Shown: piece by piece, positions 27,001 to 38,286 of the stretch | Layout of the letters: every line of letters starts with the position of its first letter | How positions within the stretch are numbered: the first letter of the stretch is position 1 | Assembly (NCBI RefSeq): GCF_902652985.1 | Contig: NC_047027.1 | Span: forward strand, 32,364,001 to 32,428,000 | Direction: 5' to 3' | Length of the DNA stretch: 64,000 nucleotides | From: Pecten maximus | Lineage: Eukaryota | Made by a program: the position numbers and the translations under genes | Notes under the pieces: model-generated | What the model saw: only the letters and a program-made list of their open reading frames with translations | The model's database searches: none | Told to the model about the DNA's origin: nothing

Positions 27001-30000
27001 CTCAGTTACTTTGAAAAATTTGAAATCTCAAATTTATTTTAAATCACTGATATGTGAAAACCAGGTTCAACTGTAGATAACTCATACACCTGTTGATATA
27101 CTAGAAAGCACAGCCACTGCTCTGCAGAAATTTAAGTGTCTATAACATACAAGTTAACTACCTGATGTTTGGTACCGATATATCACTATACAATTCATTG
27201 AAATGAACAGGGTATGTTGAAATTTCTTTCTACCTATTTTTAGGCCCTTAGCATCACTGACGAGTGCTAGAAGATAAAATACCTGTATGATGCAGATAAA
27301 TTTATTTTGAGTCTTCTGTTTCCAATTTACAATTTGTATTGAAAGGTGATAATACAACTGTTGCTTGTGTCCTTTATCACAGAACTTGACACATTGAAGT
27401 ATTAGTCGAGACATACAGACAATTACCCAGACTCTTGTATACTAGTACCAGACACTAAATATCAGTGAAGATCAATATTGTAAAGACGTATACCTACATA
27501 TCTCATCTGTGTGCACATCGTTTGTGATTTCAACAACGTCAATATTGCTGGCCAGAAGTGGAGTTCTCTCCCCTGCCACTCCAGACCTCCCCTGTATCAT
27601 ATGACCCTAAACAGAAAAAAAGCATGTGAAAGTGTTAATGTTTGAGTGACAATTTCTCTGTCATTTGAAACTTGTTTAACAAGTAACATCTTAATGATAA
27701 ATAAGATGTTTACATTTAAAAAGTAATATGTTGATGCTTATGAATGGAAAGTTTTTAAAGAAAGTACATCTCAATGATTAAAAAATGTTTATGAAGTAAC
27801 ATATTGATGATGGATGAAAAGTTTGAAAAGTAAATGTACCATCTTAAGGATAAATAAAGTGTTCAAAAAGAAACATCTTAATGAATTTTTTATTGTTAAA
27901 TTACCATATTAATGACAAATAAACGTTTGGAAATTAAACCTTTTGATGATAAATAAAAGACTTGAAAAGCAACATCTCAATGATAAATAAACAGTTTGCA
28001 ATGTACCATCTTAATGATAAATAAAGTTAATAAACGTTTGAAAATTAAACATCTTGATGATAAATAAATGTTTGAAAATTAACATCTTTATGATAAATAA
28101 AAGATTTGAAAGTAACATCTTGATTATAAATAAAAAATTTGAAAAGCAGCATCTTAATTATAAATAAAAAGTTTTAAAATTAACACTGTCAAGGGATCCC
28201 AAGATAAAGGGATTAACAATCAAGAAAACTCACTTTTCTCCTGTCCTCACTGTCATCCATGTTGTCATTTTGACAAAGTTTCAGGAACACAGCTTCTAGA
28301 CTCTAGAAAATATGAGGAATTAGTATATGTTAACAAGAGGGAACAAATTCTCACAGACAAAAAAATTATATCCTTATGATATAAATATATTAGTTATTAT
28401 TCATCAAAAACTTTTCTAATGTTCAGTTTACTATTTTTGGATGATTTATTTTATCAAGTAAAACTGTTAACAAAGGCCCAATCAGCCTGTATTACGTGTA
28501 GTATGCAGTTAATGAATGGAACATAATTTTAAGTCAAATTTAAAGTTGATCTAAATCAATGTTGAAATCGATTTCACTCCCTGTTTACTCTGTATTAGTT
28601 CTTATCCAATATAACTCCATAGAATCTGCGATTGCAGGAATGTCAAATGTTTAGATCTTATTTAAACAAATATGTTGGCCATTCATTCCAGCATATTTCT
28701 TGACCAGCTTGTTAGTTCGGTTCATGGAAAGACACTAAAAGATCTTAATACAATTGAACATGGTGCTTGGTCATGGCTTTTTCTCACTGGTTTGGGAAAG
28801 GGCCTTTTTGTCTCATTTTGAGAAAAAAAACTGGTGAACTGGGAAAGATATTTTCAGGAGGAAAAGTTGAAACCAAATGGATGGCAGAAAACCAGATAAT
28901 ATGAAATTATGAATAAAACACTGATTTTAGGCATTGCATTCTTTCTTGTTTAGGACTTTTCATTGTTTCAGATTTAGGACTTTTCTTTGTTTCTGATTAA
29001 GGATTTTCATTGCTTCTGATTAAGAACTTTTCATTGTTTCTGATTTAGGATTTTCATTGTTTCTGATTAAGAACTTTTCATTGTTTCTGATTAAGGATAT
29101 TCCAATGTTTCTAGTTTAGGATATTCTATTGTTTCTGGTTAAGGACATTCCATTATTTCAGATTTAGGACTTTTCTTTGTTTCTGATTAAGGATTTTCAT
29201 TGTTTCTGATTAAGAACTTTTCATTGTTTCTGATTTAGGATTTTCATTGTTTCTGATTAAGAACTTTTCATTGTTTCTGATTAAGGATATTCCAATGTTT
29301 CTAGTTTAGGATATTCTATTGTTTCAGATTTAGGACATTTCATTGATTCTGATTTAGGATTTCTCATTGTTTCTGGTTAATGACATTACTATTGTTTCTG
29401 GTTAAGGATATTCCAATGTTTCTAGTTTGGAATATTCTATTGTTTCTGGTTGAGACATTCCATTGTTTCTGATTAAGAACTTTTCATTGTTTCTAGTTTA
29501 GGATATTCTATTGTTTCTGGTTAAGGACATTCCATTGTTTCTGGTTAAGGACATTCCATTGTTTCTGGTTAAGGACATTCAATTGTTTCTGATTCTCCTT
29601 ACATTGATGTGATGTTTCTGGATCAACATGTTGGGTTCCTCCTCTGCCAGCAAACGTCCACCTCTCATCAATCCTACCTGAGATATAAAACAAAGCTGTT
29701 CAAGACACAATCAATTTATATGATGACACAATATAAAGTTCGATTGAATTTTCAGTAACCTGAAGAAAGGTAGCAGTTATTTGAAACATGTTCATATTTT
29801 ATGTTGGCAGGGTAAAAATCTCTAATTAAAATCCTCATGGTTAATAGTGGAAATCTGCGACACTCAAGACATTGTTCAGACTTCCATTCTCAGGATAATT
29901 ATATCCAGTTCTTACCGTATTGGCCTGCCTTGCTTCCTCTATATAGTGGGTTGTGATGATGATTGTTGTTTTCAGACCATCCTGTCTCGCTATTTTCACT

Positions 30001-33000
30001 AAATGTTCCCAAATCCTACAAATAGATAAATAGTCTCTAAAACAACTGTTTCTATAGTTACTGTCTCTGTAACAACTGTTGCTATAGTTACTGTTTCTAT
30101 AACTGTCTCTATAGTTACTGTCTCTATATAACTGTTTCTATAGTTACTGTCTCTATAACAACTATTTATATAGTTCTTGTCTCTATAACAACTATTTATA
30201 TAGTAACTGTCTCTTTAACAACTGTTTCTATAATTACTTTCTCTGTAACAACTGTTTCTATAGTTACTGTCTCTGTAACAACTGTTTCTATAGTTACTGT
30301 CTCTGTAACAACTGTTTCTATAGTTACTGTCTCTATAACAACTGTTCTATAGTTACTGTCTCTATAACAACTGTTTCTATAGTTACTGTCTCTGTAACAA
30401 CTGTTTCTATAGTTACTGTCTCTATAACAACTGTTTCTGTAGTTACTGTCTCTGTAACAACTGTTTCTATAGTTACTGTCTCTGTAACAACTGTTTCTAT
30501 AGTTACTGTCTCTGTAACAACTGTTGCTATAGTTACTGTCTCTATAACAACTGTTTCTATAGTTACTGTCTCTATAACAACTGTTTATGTAGTTACTGTT
30601 TCTGTAACAAATGTTTCTATATAGTTACTGTCTCTATAACAACTGTTTCTATAGTTACTGTCTCTGTAACAACTGTCTCTTCAGTTACTGTCTCTGTAAC
30701 AACTGTTTCTATAGTTACTGTCTCTGTAACAACTGTTCTATATTTTCTGTCTCTATAACAACTTTTTCTATAGTTTCTTCTCTGTAACAACTGTTTCTAT
30801 AGTTACCGTTCACGTAGCAGTGGATCAACGCCTACAGTTGGTTCATCTAGAATCAGAAGCTCTGGTTCATGGAGAAGTGCGACAGCAAATGATACACGTC
30901 TCTTCTGTCCTCCACTGTACATATTTGGAATTATAACCAGTTTTAAAATCAGAGATGAAAATGGACTAAGGGCAAAAAGCCTGAAAATTAGATTACTCAA
31001 TCTTCTCAATGGGAAAAATTACAAGTTTACATTACACTGATATTCTCAAAAAGGCTGAAATGAGCCAATCGGCTGAACATTTTCATCTCTGTTAAATACA
31101 TTTTGTATCCATCACCATGGCTAATAGACAGAATAAAGGCCTAAGAATGAGAAGAGTGATCATTGAGAACAGAATTAGGGGCCAGCATGGACATTATATT
31201 GGAGTCAATAGAGAAAATGTATGAAAGTAGGACAACTAGCAGAGAACATGAAGGGAATCAATAATTTAATACAAATTTCCTGGAAACAGCCAAGTGAGAC
31301 TAAATATCAATCTAATTATACATGTTGATGACAAGGCGAGAAAACAGTTTTGAGAAACTTGTAATCAGTCTGCGCAATAATGTTGGCCAACTAGCAGTCT
31401 CTGTGGTAGGGGTAGATACCTCTTTGTTGTAGGAAAAGAAGTTTGTATGTTTTGTGAAGCTCGGGACTTTGACCTACCTGAGAGTGTCCACTATTCTGCC
31501 CTGATCAGGAAGAGTCAGAAATTGTAGAAGGAACATAATACGTTCATGTATATGTTGTTTTGTCATTCCATGTATACGGCCAAAGTAGAACAGTGATTCT
31601 CTGATGGTCATCTTGTTGAACAAGGCCATCTCCTGTAAAAAACAAATCATTCTCTTTTAAATTTTTTTTTTTTTTTTTAAATTAATAAACTTAAATTACA
31701 AAATTTCTTTGCAACCCTGTCTTCATAACAATCCTACTCATCCATAGTTCAACCCACACAATTACCCTAGCTGGCCAACAGTACAAGCTATACAAACTCT
31801 CAGGGTCTCTGGTCATCATGTATTCAAAATAACTGTGATATTTTATATAGATAAAGAATAATTTGTTTGTACCTGTGTCCTTTCAATATATATTGTCTAA
31901 AAGAGAACTAGATTAAGGTAGTGTATATAGATTTGTAGTTTCATATTAAATATTTTACATTCCAGGTTTCTGAACCACAAAATAAAATCATTTGTGTCCA
32001 AATTTCTTATGTCGAGTCATGCAAAGCAGATTACATACAGATCTTTTCATTTTTTTCATGTAGGTATATAAACAAGAGATTTATCAATATAATTCCAGGT
32101 TTCTGTACTACAAGATAAAATCCTTTGTATACAAATCTTTGCTGTTGACTCATGCTATCAGGTTGCATACAGATTTTTTTGATTTCTTATTTTTTTTAGG
32201 TAGGTATACATATAAACAAGAGTGTTATTAATATAATTTACCTGTGGCATGTACCCCACTAAACTTCCTGGTATTCCATGTCCAGGTGTCCCTGGCTTTT
32301 CCCCTAGAACCACCAGGTTACCACTGTCTACAGACAATCGGCCGACAATACACCGCAACAAGGTTGTCTTCCCACATCCACTCGGCCCTAGTAACCCATA
32401 TCTGTAATAGACATCAGAAGCTCAGTAAACATAATGCTGTTATTTCTCTGTGTAATGGTTGAATAAATCATGAATTATCAGAATAAACATGCAATGCAAA
32501 AAAGACTGATGAAAAACACATTCCTGACGAGAACCCAGAATCCAACCCCAGGAGTTTACTGTATGATCAAAATTCTTCATTTTGGTCGAAAAATCATGTT
32601 CTCTCATGATCAACTGAGTGTTGACTCAAGATACCATTTTTTAATAATCATTAAATACAGGTCACACTGACCTGCCCCATCCCATACCAAAAAACACCAA
32701 GATAAATTATACACAGGTCACACTGACCTGCCCCATCCTATACAAAAAAACACCAAGATAAATTATACACAGGTCACACTGACCTGCCCCATCCTATACA
32801 AAAAAAGCACCAAGATAAATTATACACAAGTCACACTGACCTGCCCCATCCTATACAAAAAAAGCACCAAGATAAATTATACACAGGTCACACTGACCTG
32901 CCCCATCCGATACAAAAAAAACAAGATAAATTACAATCTTTGGAAATCGAGACCCGACAAGAACGTTACCAGAATGATACTGTACGATTCTAGTTAATTC

Positions 33001-33881
33001 ATTTACTAAGCTTTGCTTTATCAACACCGAGTCTGTATTTAACACTTGTTACAGGTTATGATAATGAACAGCTCCTAAAACAGATGGCTCCAGAATGACA
33101 CTCTATGGCTCTTGTCACTTGCAATTTACTAAGCTCTGACTTCATCATTACAGATGTAACAGAGCCCAGGATTAATTAAATTCAAATCACTGCCTCCGCT
33201 AGGGATCTAACCCGGGACCTCTGGCTTACTTGTCTTACGCTCAACCAATCGAGCTAAAGAGAAGATCTCTTTAGCTAAGTGGTATATTGCGGCTAGTATT
33301 TACCAGGGTTATAAACAGAGACAGTATTTAACACTATTTTGATGAGAATTAATTTTGAGGGACCAGAACACTTGTCCGCAGAGGACCTCGGATCTCTGAA
33401 CCTCTTGTTCAAAAACAAAAAAGACAGACACATACCCTTGTGAACACTGTCACAACAAAATAGAAAAAATAAAACCAAAGTGATCTCCATTTAATTGTTT
33501 GTTTATTGTTTTAATGTATATAATAATTTATTTGTAATTCAAATTTACAATTTTTCCCAAAAATATCATTTTCCGCTTTAGATTTTCCCAATTTCCAGGA
33601 AGGTTATTTTTTCCCAAAATAGGCTGAAAAATCACTAGTACAGGTTACAATAAACAGCTCCTAATGATACAAAAACATTGAGATAATTCCAAACATACTG
33701 AGTACTGACTTGATACCATACAACAGAGACAATTATCGATATACGTCACCTACATCGTGCCCCTCCTTACAGTCATGGACAGGTTTTGGAGAACTGGGTC
33801 TTCTTTTTTTCCATACCGCTTACACAACCCCCTCGCCCAGACTGCTTTCTCTCCAGACCCTCTCACATCTTGTCTAGCCAT
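12090..33881 (-). CDS. Half ABC transporter, NBD-TMD order, ABCH / 'ABC transporter G family member 20/23'-like; 20 coding exons, 702 aa
   Basis: Exons (5'->3'): 33754-33881, 32242-32401, 31478-31632, 30807-30914, 29916-30015, 29603-29677, 28234-28302, 27498-27606, 24943-25054, 20479-20641, 18738-18841, 18326-18399, 17880-17995, 16942-17012, 15744-15832, 15063-15166, 14549-14621, 13743-13829, 12534-12638, 12090-12196. All GT-AG, phases consistent, 2109 nt. Walker [10 protein letters not shown]-loop GYMPQE, signature LSGGQKRR, Walker [15 protein letters not shown]-loop TTHYIEEA; ABC-2 membrane motifs [28 protein letters not shown]. Confidence 0.93.
12953..13788 (-). repeat. ~54-56-bp minisatellite derived from the 3' end of exon 18 plus its donor site
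   Basis: About 14-15 copies; the unit matches the last ~46 nt of exon 13743-13829 plus gtaagtacag. Confidence 0.85.
18050..18305. repeat. ~50-bp degenerate tandem repeat, about 5 copies
   Basis: ttcaacattttctgaaatgatctgtaaattt.at..aaatgaagac units. Confidence 0.85.
19415..19612 (+). mobile_element. Fragment of a Helentron-associated non-autonomous element (HINE-like)
   Basis: Internal motif tcattgtgtgaagtttgatcaaaatccctcaagg and a terminal short hairpin cccaatatggg followed by actaa. Confidence 0.45.
20780..21683 (+). mobile_element. Helentron-associated (HINE / pearl-like) element with internal ~160-195-bp tandem repeats
   Basis: About 5 related units (agacctctaatgaatgtataaaccaatttagaaggg...), then a gacgccgac-type microsatellite and a ggtgagctgataa end, an architecture typical of bivalve HINEs. 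Confidence 0.7.
21686..24645. repeat. 46-bp minisatellite, about 64 copies, intronic
   Basis: Consensus aatacaattaacacaacatactgggggtggtcagggaccaaatatt; period measured as 46 (ggtc at 21705 and 21751). Confidence 0.97.
25198..26395. mobile_element. Non-autonomous Tc1/mariner (pogo/Tigger-like) element with TA target-site duplication
   Basis: TA|cagtggaactttcgttaactcgaa ... ttcgagttaacgaagttccaatg|TA; subterminal ttcgagttatccgag repeats; no ORF. Confidence 0.88.
27680..28185. repeat. Degenerate ~33-bp AT-rich tandem repeat
   Basis: aacatcttaatgataaataaa.gtttgaaa units. Confidence 0.75.
28945..29597. repeat. 24-bp minisatellite abutting the donor of exon 6
   Basis: ttaaggacattccattgtttctgg units, about 27 copies. 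Confidence 0.9.
30030..30806. repeat. 30-bp minisatellite filling the intron between exons 4 and 5
   Basis: tagttactgtctctgtaacaactgtttcta units; the array begins at the GTAACT donor. Confidence 0.95.
32655..32935. repeat. ~56-bp tandem repeat, about 5 copies
   Basis: ggtcacactgacctgccccatcctatacaaaaaaa(g)caccaagataaattatacaca. Confidence 0.9.
33185..33312 (-). mobile_element. tRNA-derived repeat fragment (SINE-like)
   Basis: Minus strand tagctcgattggttgagcg...cccgggttagatccc gives degenerate A and B boxes. Confidence 0.5.
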
Positions 33882-33969
33882 CACCTGAAAGTAGAAGAAA
33901 TGATAATAATAATCCAGGGATTTTGCTACAATAAAGAAACACTTAAAACAGGTTCCATAAAAAGGACCC

Positions 33970-34100
33970 ATTCCCCAGACCGGGGTTCGAACCTGGGACC
34001 TACATGTATGAAAACTAGCCGGATGCTCTATCAATTGGGCCAGATAATAATGTACCTAGTCGCCAGCGTTCATCCTATATCTAGTCGCATCCCACTACAG
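33970..34100 (-). mobile_element. tRNA-derived repeat fragment (SINE-like)
   Basis: Minus strand ggcccaattgatagagcatccggctag...cccaggttcgaacccc (A and B boxes). Confidence 0.5.
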
Positions 34101-34806
34101 TAGCACATAGTACAGGGCCTAGTGAATTTACATGTAAATTAAAAAAAGGCCAGCATGTTCACGATTTGGTTAAATATAGTTGTTTGGACATATGCAACTA
34201 AAAAGGTATAAATAATACTGATTACGGGCGGCCTTCTGGGCTGATCCTCTGATATCAGTGAAATAAATTTAAAAGCCAAAGTTAACTGGGGGACAGTGTA
34301 GTTTTGTTACTAAATAGATAAAATTACCATAATTTGGCATAAATGTGACTTAAAAAATGGTTGTCAAAGCTTAAGGAACATTCTATAAGTCATGAAACAT
34401 CATAAAGATGCAAAAATCAAAAAAAAGAAAAATGCACATGGCAAAATACGAAGAAATTATGCAATACTTACAGTAGGATACATGTATTACGTAACATCAA
34501 GTCTAGGTAGCCAACGCTTTCAGTTAATATTTCCAAGTGAAAAAGCATAAATTTTGTACATGTAGTATCGATTAATGCGACTGTCAATATGTATAGCCAA
34601 ATTTACTGTTTAACCGATTTTGGTTATTCTATTGGCACCTCCTGGCGAGTGAGCGTATTACACGCGAGCTCGTGGTTTTCTCTAGCCAGTTATTTGTTTA
34701 TAATTACGTACATTTAACTTTATAAGCCGACGGCAAAAGAAACAGTGTACACACGATACATTTTAATTCTGTCAGTGCATTTGCAGCCCCGTTTCTTGTG
34801 ACTTAC

Positions 34807-34950
34807 CTGAATCATCGTCGTAAAAATATCGATGTTTAAGTCAGCTTTGTCTACCTGATCTGTTTAAGTTGTAGACTCGAGCAAGAAAACTGAACGTCCG
34901 TCCATGATCATAGAAAGAAAACAAACAGAAAGTATCAACAGGAAATGGTA
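34807..34950 (-). other. Probable non-coding first exon of the ABC transporter gene
   Basis: Consensus donor CAG|GTAAGT at 34807/34806; the coding exon has an acceptor at 33885-33886 just 5' of the ATG; CpG-enriched. The 5' boundary is unknown. Confidence 0.55.
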
Positions 34951-35819
34951 CTTAGCTAACTAAGTTTAAAGCCGGACCCGGTCTTTGATATCCGAATTCA
35001 TTATAGAATCATGCCTGTAAAATGTCCTATGAAATTCTGATATATAATATGTATCGGGTTATTAGTTAAAATTCAGATAAAAATAGCCTGAATAAAAATG
35101 CATATGATAATCTACTCTACAACACCATGACGTGATTTAATTCATGCATGTTTGCGTATTATTGTTAAAACTGTTTGAGACTAAATATATGTATACTGTG
35201 TTTATATGTATGTTTTTAAACCCTGTATTAAAGAGTCACACATATGTTAACTATTTACAAATAATATTTTATTGTTTGAACATTTTACATTGTCATTTTA
35301 AGTTTAACTTCAATTACACTATAGTGAGTTACAATTCTAAACGTAAAAGTCGCATAGGGAGACATATTGAGCTGCAGATGGTACATGTATGTTATAATAA
35401 TCGTAAGCGTAAACTTACAAACTTTCATGAAAAGGTCTCCAGATTGGTTGTTTTGTCATTCTGTGTTATCATAGAAAGTTGTTGTTGCTGTTTTTTAAGC
35501 GAGGTACCACAATATTCTAGCTTACCATCTGGTCTATTTTGATATCATATTCTAAGAAAATAAAAGAAAATAGAAAACGTCCATCTACCAACCCAATCAT
35601 AACTTAGAAACAATTCCACTGTGTGTGTGTAGGGGGGAGGGGGATGGGGAAGGGGGGAGGGGGAAGGGGGAGTAAGTAGTAAGTGTAATCTCAACAAATA
35701 AATATTGAACGTGGCCGTCGTCAAGGTGATCCAATAGCTCCATATGTCTTCATATTTTGTAGTGAAATGTTAGCTACAAAAAAAAAAAAATAATAATAAT
35801 AATAATAGCCACATTTAAA

Positions 35820-36120
35820 GCAACAATGTTGAGAATAAACCAATTCTGAATGCACAGTATGCAGACGACACAGGTTTGAGATTAGACGAGTCAGAGAGGT
35901 TGCTTAGTGAATAGGTTTTTGAGTTAAAGAGCTTTTTAAAAATCTCTGTTTTAAATGTTGATACCAATGAAACTCAAGTAATAGGACCTGGCAGTTGTTA
36001 ATACAACGATATAACTATCGACCGGAATTGGGCTTACAGTGGGGAACAAATATATTTACTTTTTTGGAGATAGGAATCTCTGTTGACAGATCAAATTCCA
36101 AAATTGATCTTTGATACGAA
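35820..36120 (+). mobile_element. Decayed L1/Tx1-like LINE reverse-transcriptase fragment
   Basis: ILNAQYADDTGLRLDESERLLSE*VFELKSFLKISVLNV..NETQVIGPG, with QYADDT at 35855-35872. Confidence 0.7.
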
Positions 36121-36134
36121 CATTGTAAAGCTTA

Positions 36135-36762
36135 AAGCACTTTTTCGGTGTGTTCCCATGGACAATAAAACCCAAGATTCATGCTGACTTTCCATATCAC
36201 AAGGGTTTGCCAGGGATGGTTTTTAAGATCCAAAGGTAAAAGGTCAAGTTCATTGTTTCTAAAAAATGTAAAACTGTTTCCATGCAATAACTCAAATTTC
36301 CTTAACTCGATTAAACTCAACTTCGTTTAGATCATCCTGATGACGAATGCGTGCATGATATTGCTTTTCAGGTCCTAAGTTAAAAGATCATTGCCACTGT
36401 AACTATAGATAGAAATTCAGTACCCGCGCGATAACTCATGTTCCATTTGGCCAATCAAACTCAAACTTCATGCAGGTCTTCCTCACCAAAAGAACATGCT
36501 TGGAATTGTTTTTTTCAGGTCTGAATGTCAAAGGTCAAGGTCAATGTTACCAAAAATAGGAAATTTGATTCCGTGCGATAATTTAAGGTCCGTTGGACAG
36601 TTTTCCCTTACCACAAGTGCTTGTATAGGACGGTTTATACTAGTTCAAAGGTCAAAGGTCAATGGTAATGTTATTATAAATAGATAATATTTCCATATGA
36701 CCTGTGCATTCACATAATTTACTGCGCAGACGACACATCCACTTTCGTGGAATTCTTGTTTT
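36135..36762 (-). mobile_element. Degenerate Helentron-associated (HINE-like) element
   Basis: Repeated aggtcaaaggtcaa motifs at ~140-150-bp spacing; ends in a ccactttcgtgg hairpin plus aattcttgttt. Confidence 0.6.
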
Positions 36763-38286
36763 ACTAAGAAACATAATTGAAATGAACTATATATGTATCA
36801 GAGAAATATCTTCCAGGTAACGTACCTTCACTGAAATCAAGCGTGATTAACTGGTATACAAGATATCAGGTCGTAAACCTACCATTAAGTTAAATTGGTT
36901 GAAGTTGAAGCTTTAGCAAGTTGTGTAATTAATTTTAGGAGCCTCACTAATCGTGGTTGATTTGTTTAGCACCGGAGTTTCTTCTCTCGTCTAATTCTGA
37001 CTGAATTATTGGGATTTCTCTCAGTTTTATCCTGGCTATACTTTAACAGTGATTCTCATTTGGGATTATTAGAGAGTTACAAGGCGTTTGAGCAAAGTAT
37101 CAAAACACCACACCCCTCATCCTGATCCCCTGACCTGTCCCAATCCCATCTTTATATTACACTTCATACTTACAAAAATGATCACAACATACACGATAAC
37201 TCCATACAACGATATTTTATTGACTTCCAATCAATCAAGACCAATACATTTAAACTACAAAAATGCAATAAGTTAAAAAGTCATGTCAAACGCTATCCAG
37301 CAAATGGGCTACGATTAAAAAACACGGAATAATTCTATTTATCAAAATAAATATATATATATAACTTATCGAGAGCTATATCAGCACATTTGACTTGCTC
37401 AAGCATAAAGCTAGAAAACTAGTATTAAAGTGCTATAATTTTCATGAAAATACATTTATTAAATAAGCTATTATTCAAGCTATCATATATTATTATTATA
37501 AATATGTTAAAGTACGATAACTACATATATACATATACCACGTGAACGATTGTTTATATGTCATATATATATGTTTAAGTACGACAAATCATGTTACGAG
37601 AAGGCCGTAGTGTCTGCCAAAAATATAAGATCTGATTTTAGATGTTGTTAATTCAAGAACAATTTTCAAATCAATGTCACCACTGGGAATATAGAAGCTT
37701 AAAATATGGTTTTCAATATGGCGGCTATGACAGCCATCTTGGATTTCGGGCCAGTCTAAAATAAAAAACACATACTTGTCCTATCCTAATCGGGGAACTA
37801 CGACAGAAATAATGTCTTTATTATTATCCAATCAGGGAGATTTGTCGTCATCATCATAGCCATCAGCATCAGTGTTTACCCGACGACAACAAATGTAAAC
37901 GGTTATCAGAAAAGTCAGCTGGGACACATCGTTAGCAAGTCTGGAAAACTGTCTCAATAACATCAGTACTTTATTAAATTTAATATGCTCTATCTTTATT
38001 GGGAACCGACAGAAATGACAGTCTCAACCAGTCATCAATATTTCAAATAATCGTCATAAATTTGTCGAATATATCGAACGAGTTCGTGCTTCAGGATGTC
38101 AAGGTCAATTACAATGTCACGTTGATAATGATATAAACCTTTGTCTGTGCTCTAGCGACCTAACTTGTGCACTTGTAAGTCTCTTTATCTATAAAACACT
38201 TATCCAGTGTATCAGAGTCGTTAAAGAGTGTTGTTAAAATAGGCGATGTATGCCAATTTGACCTCTTTGCGCACCAAACACACGCA

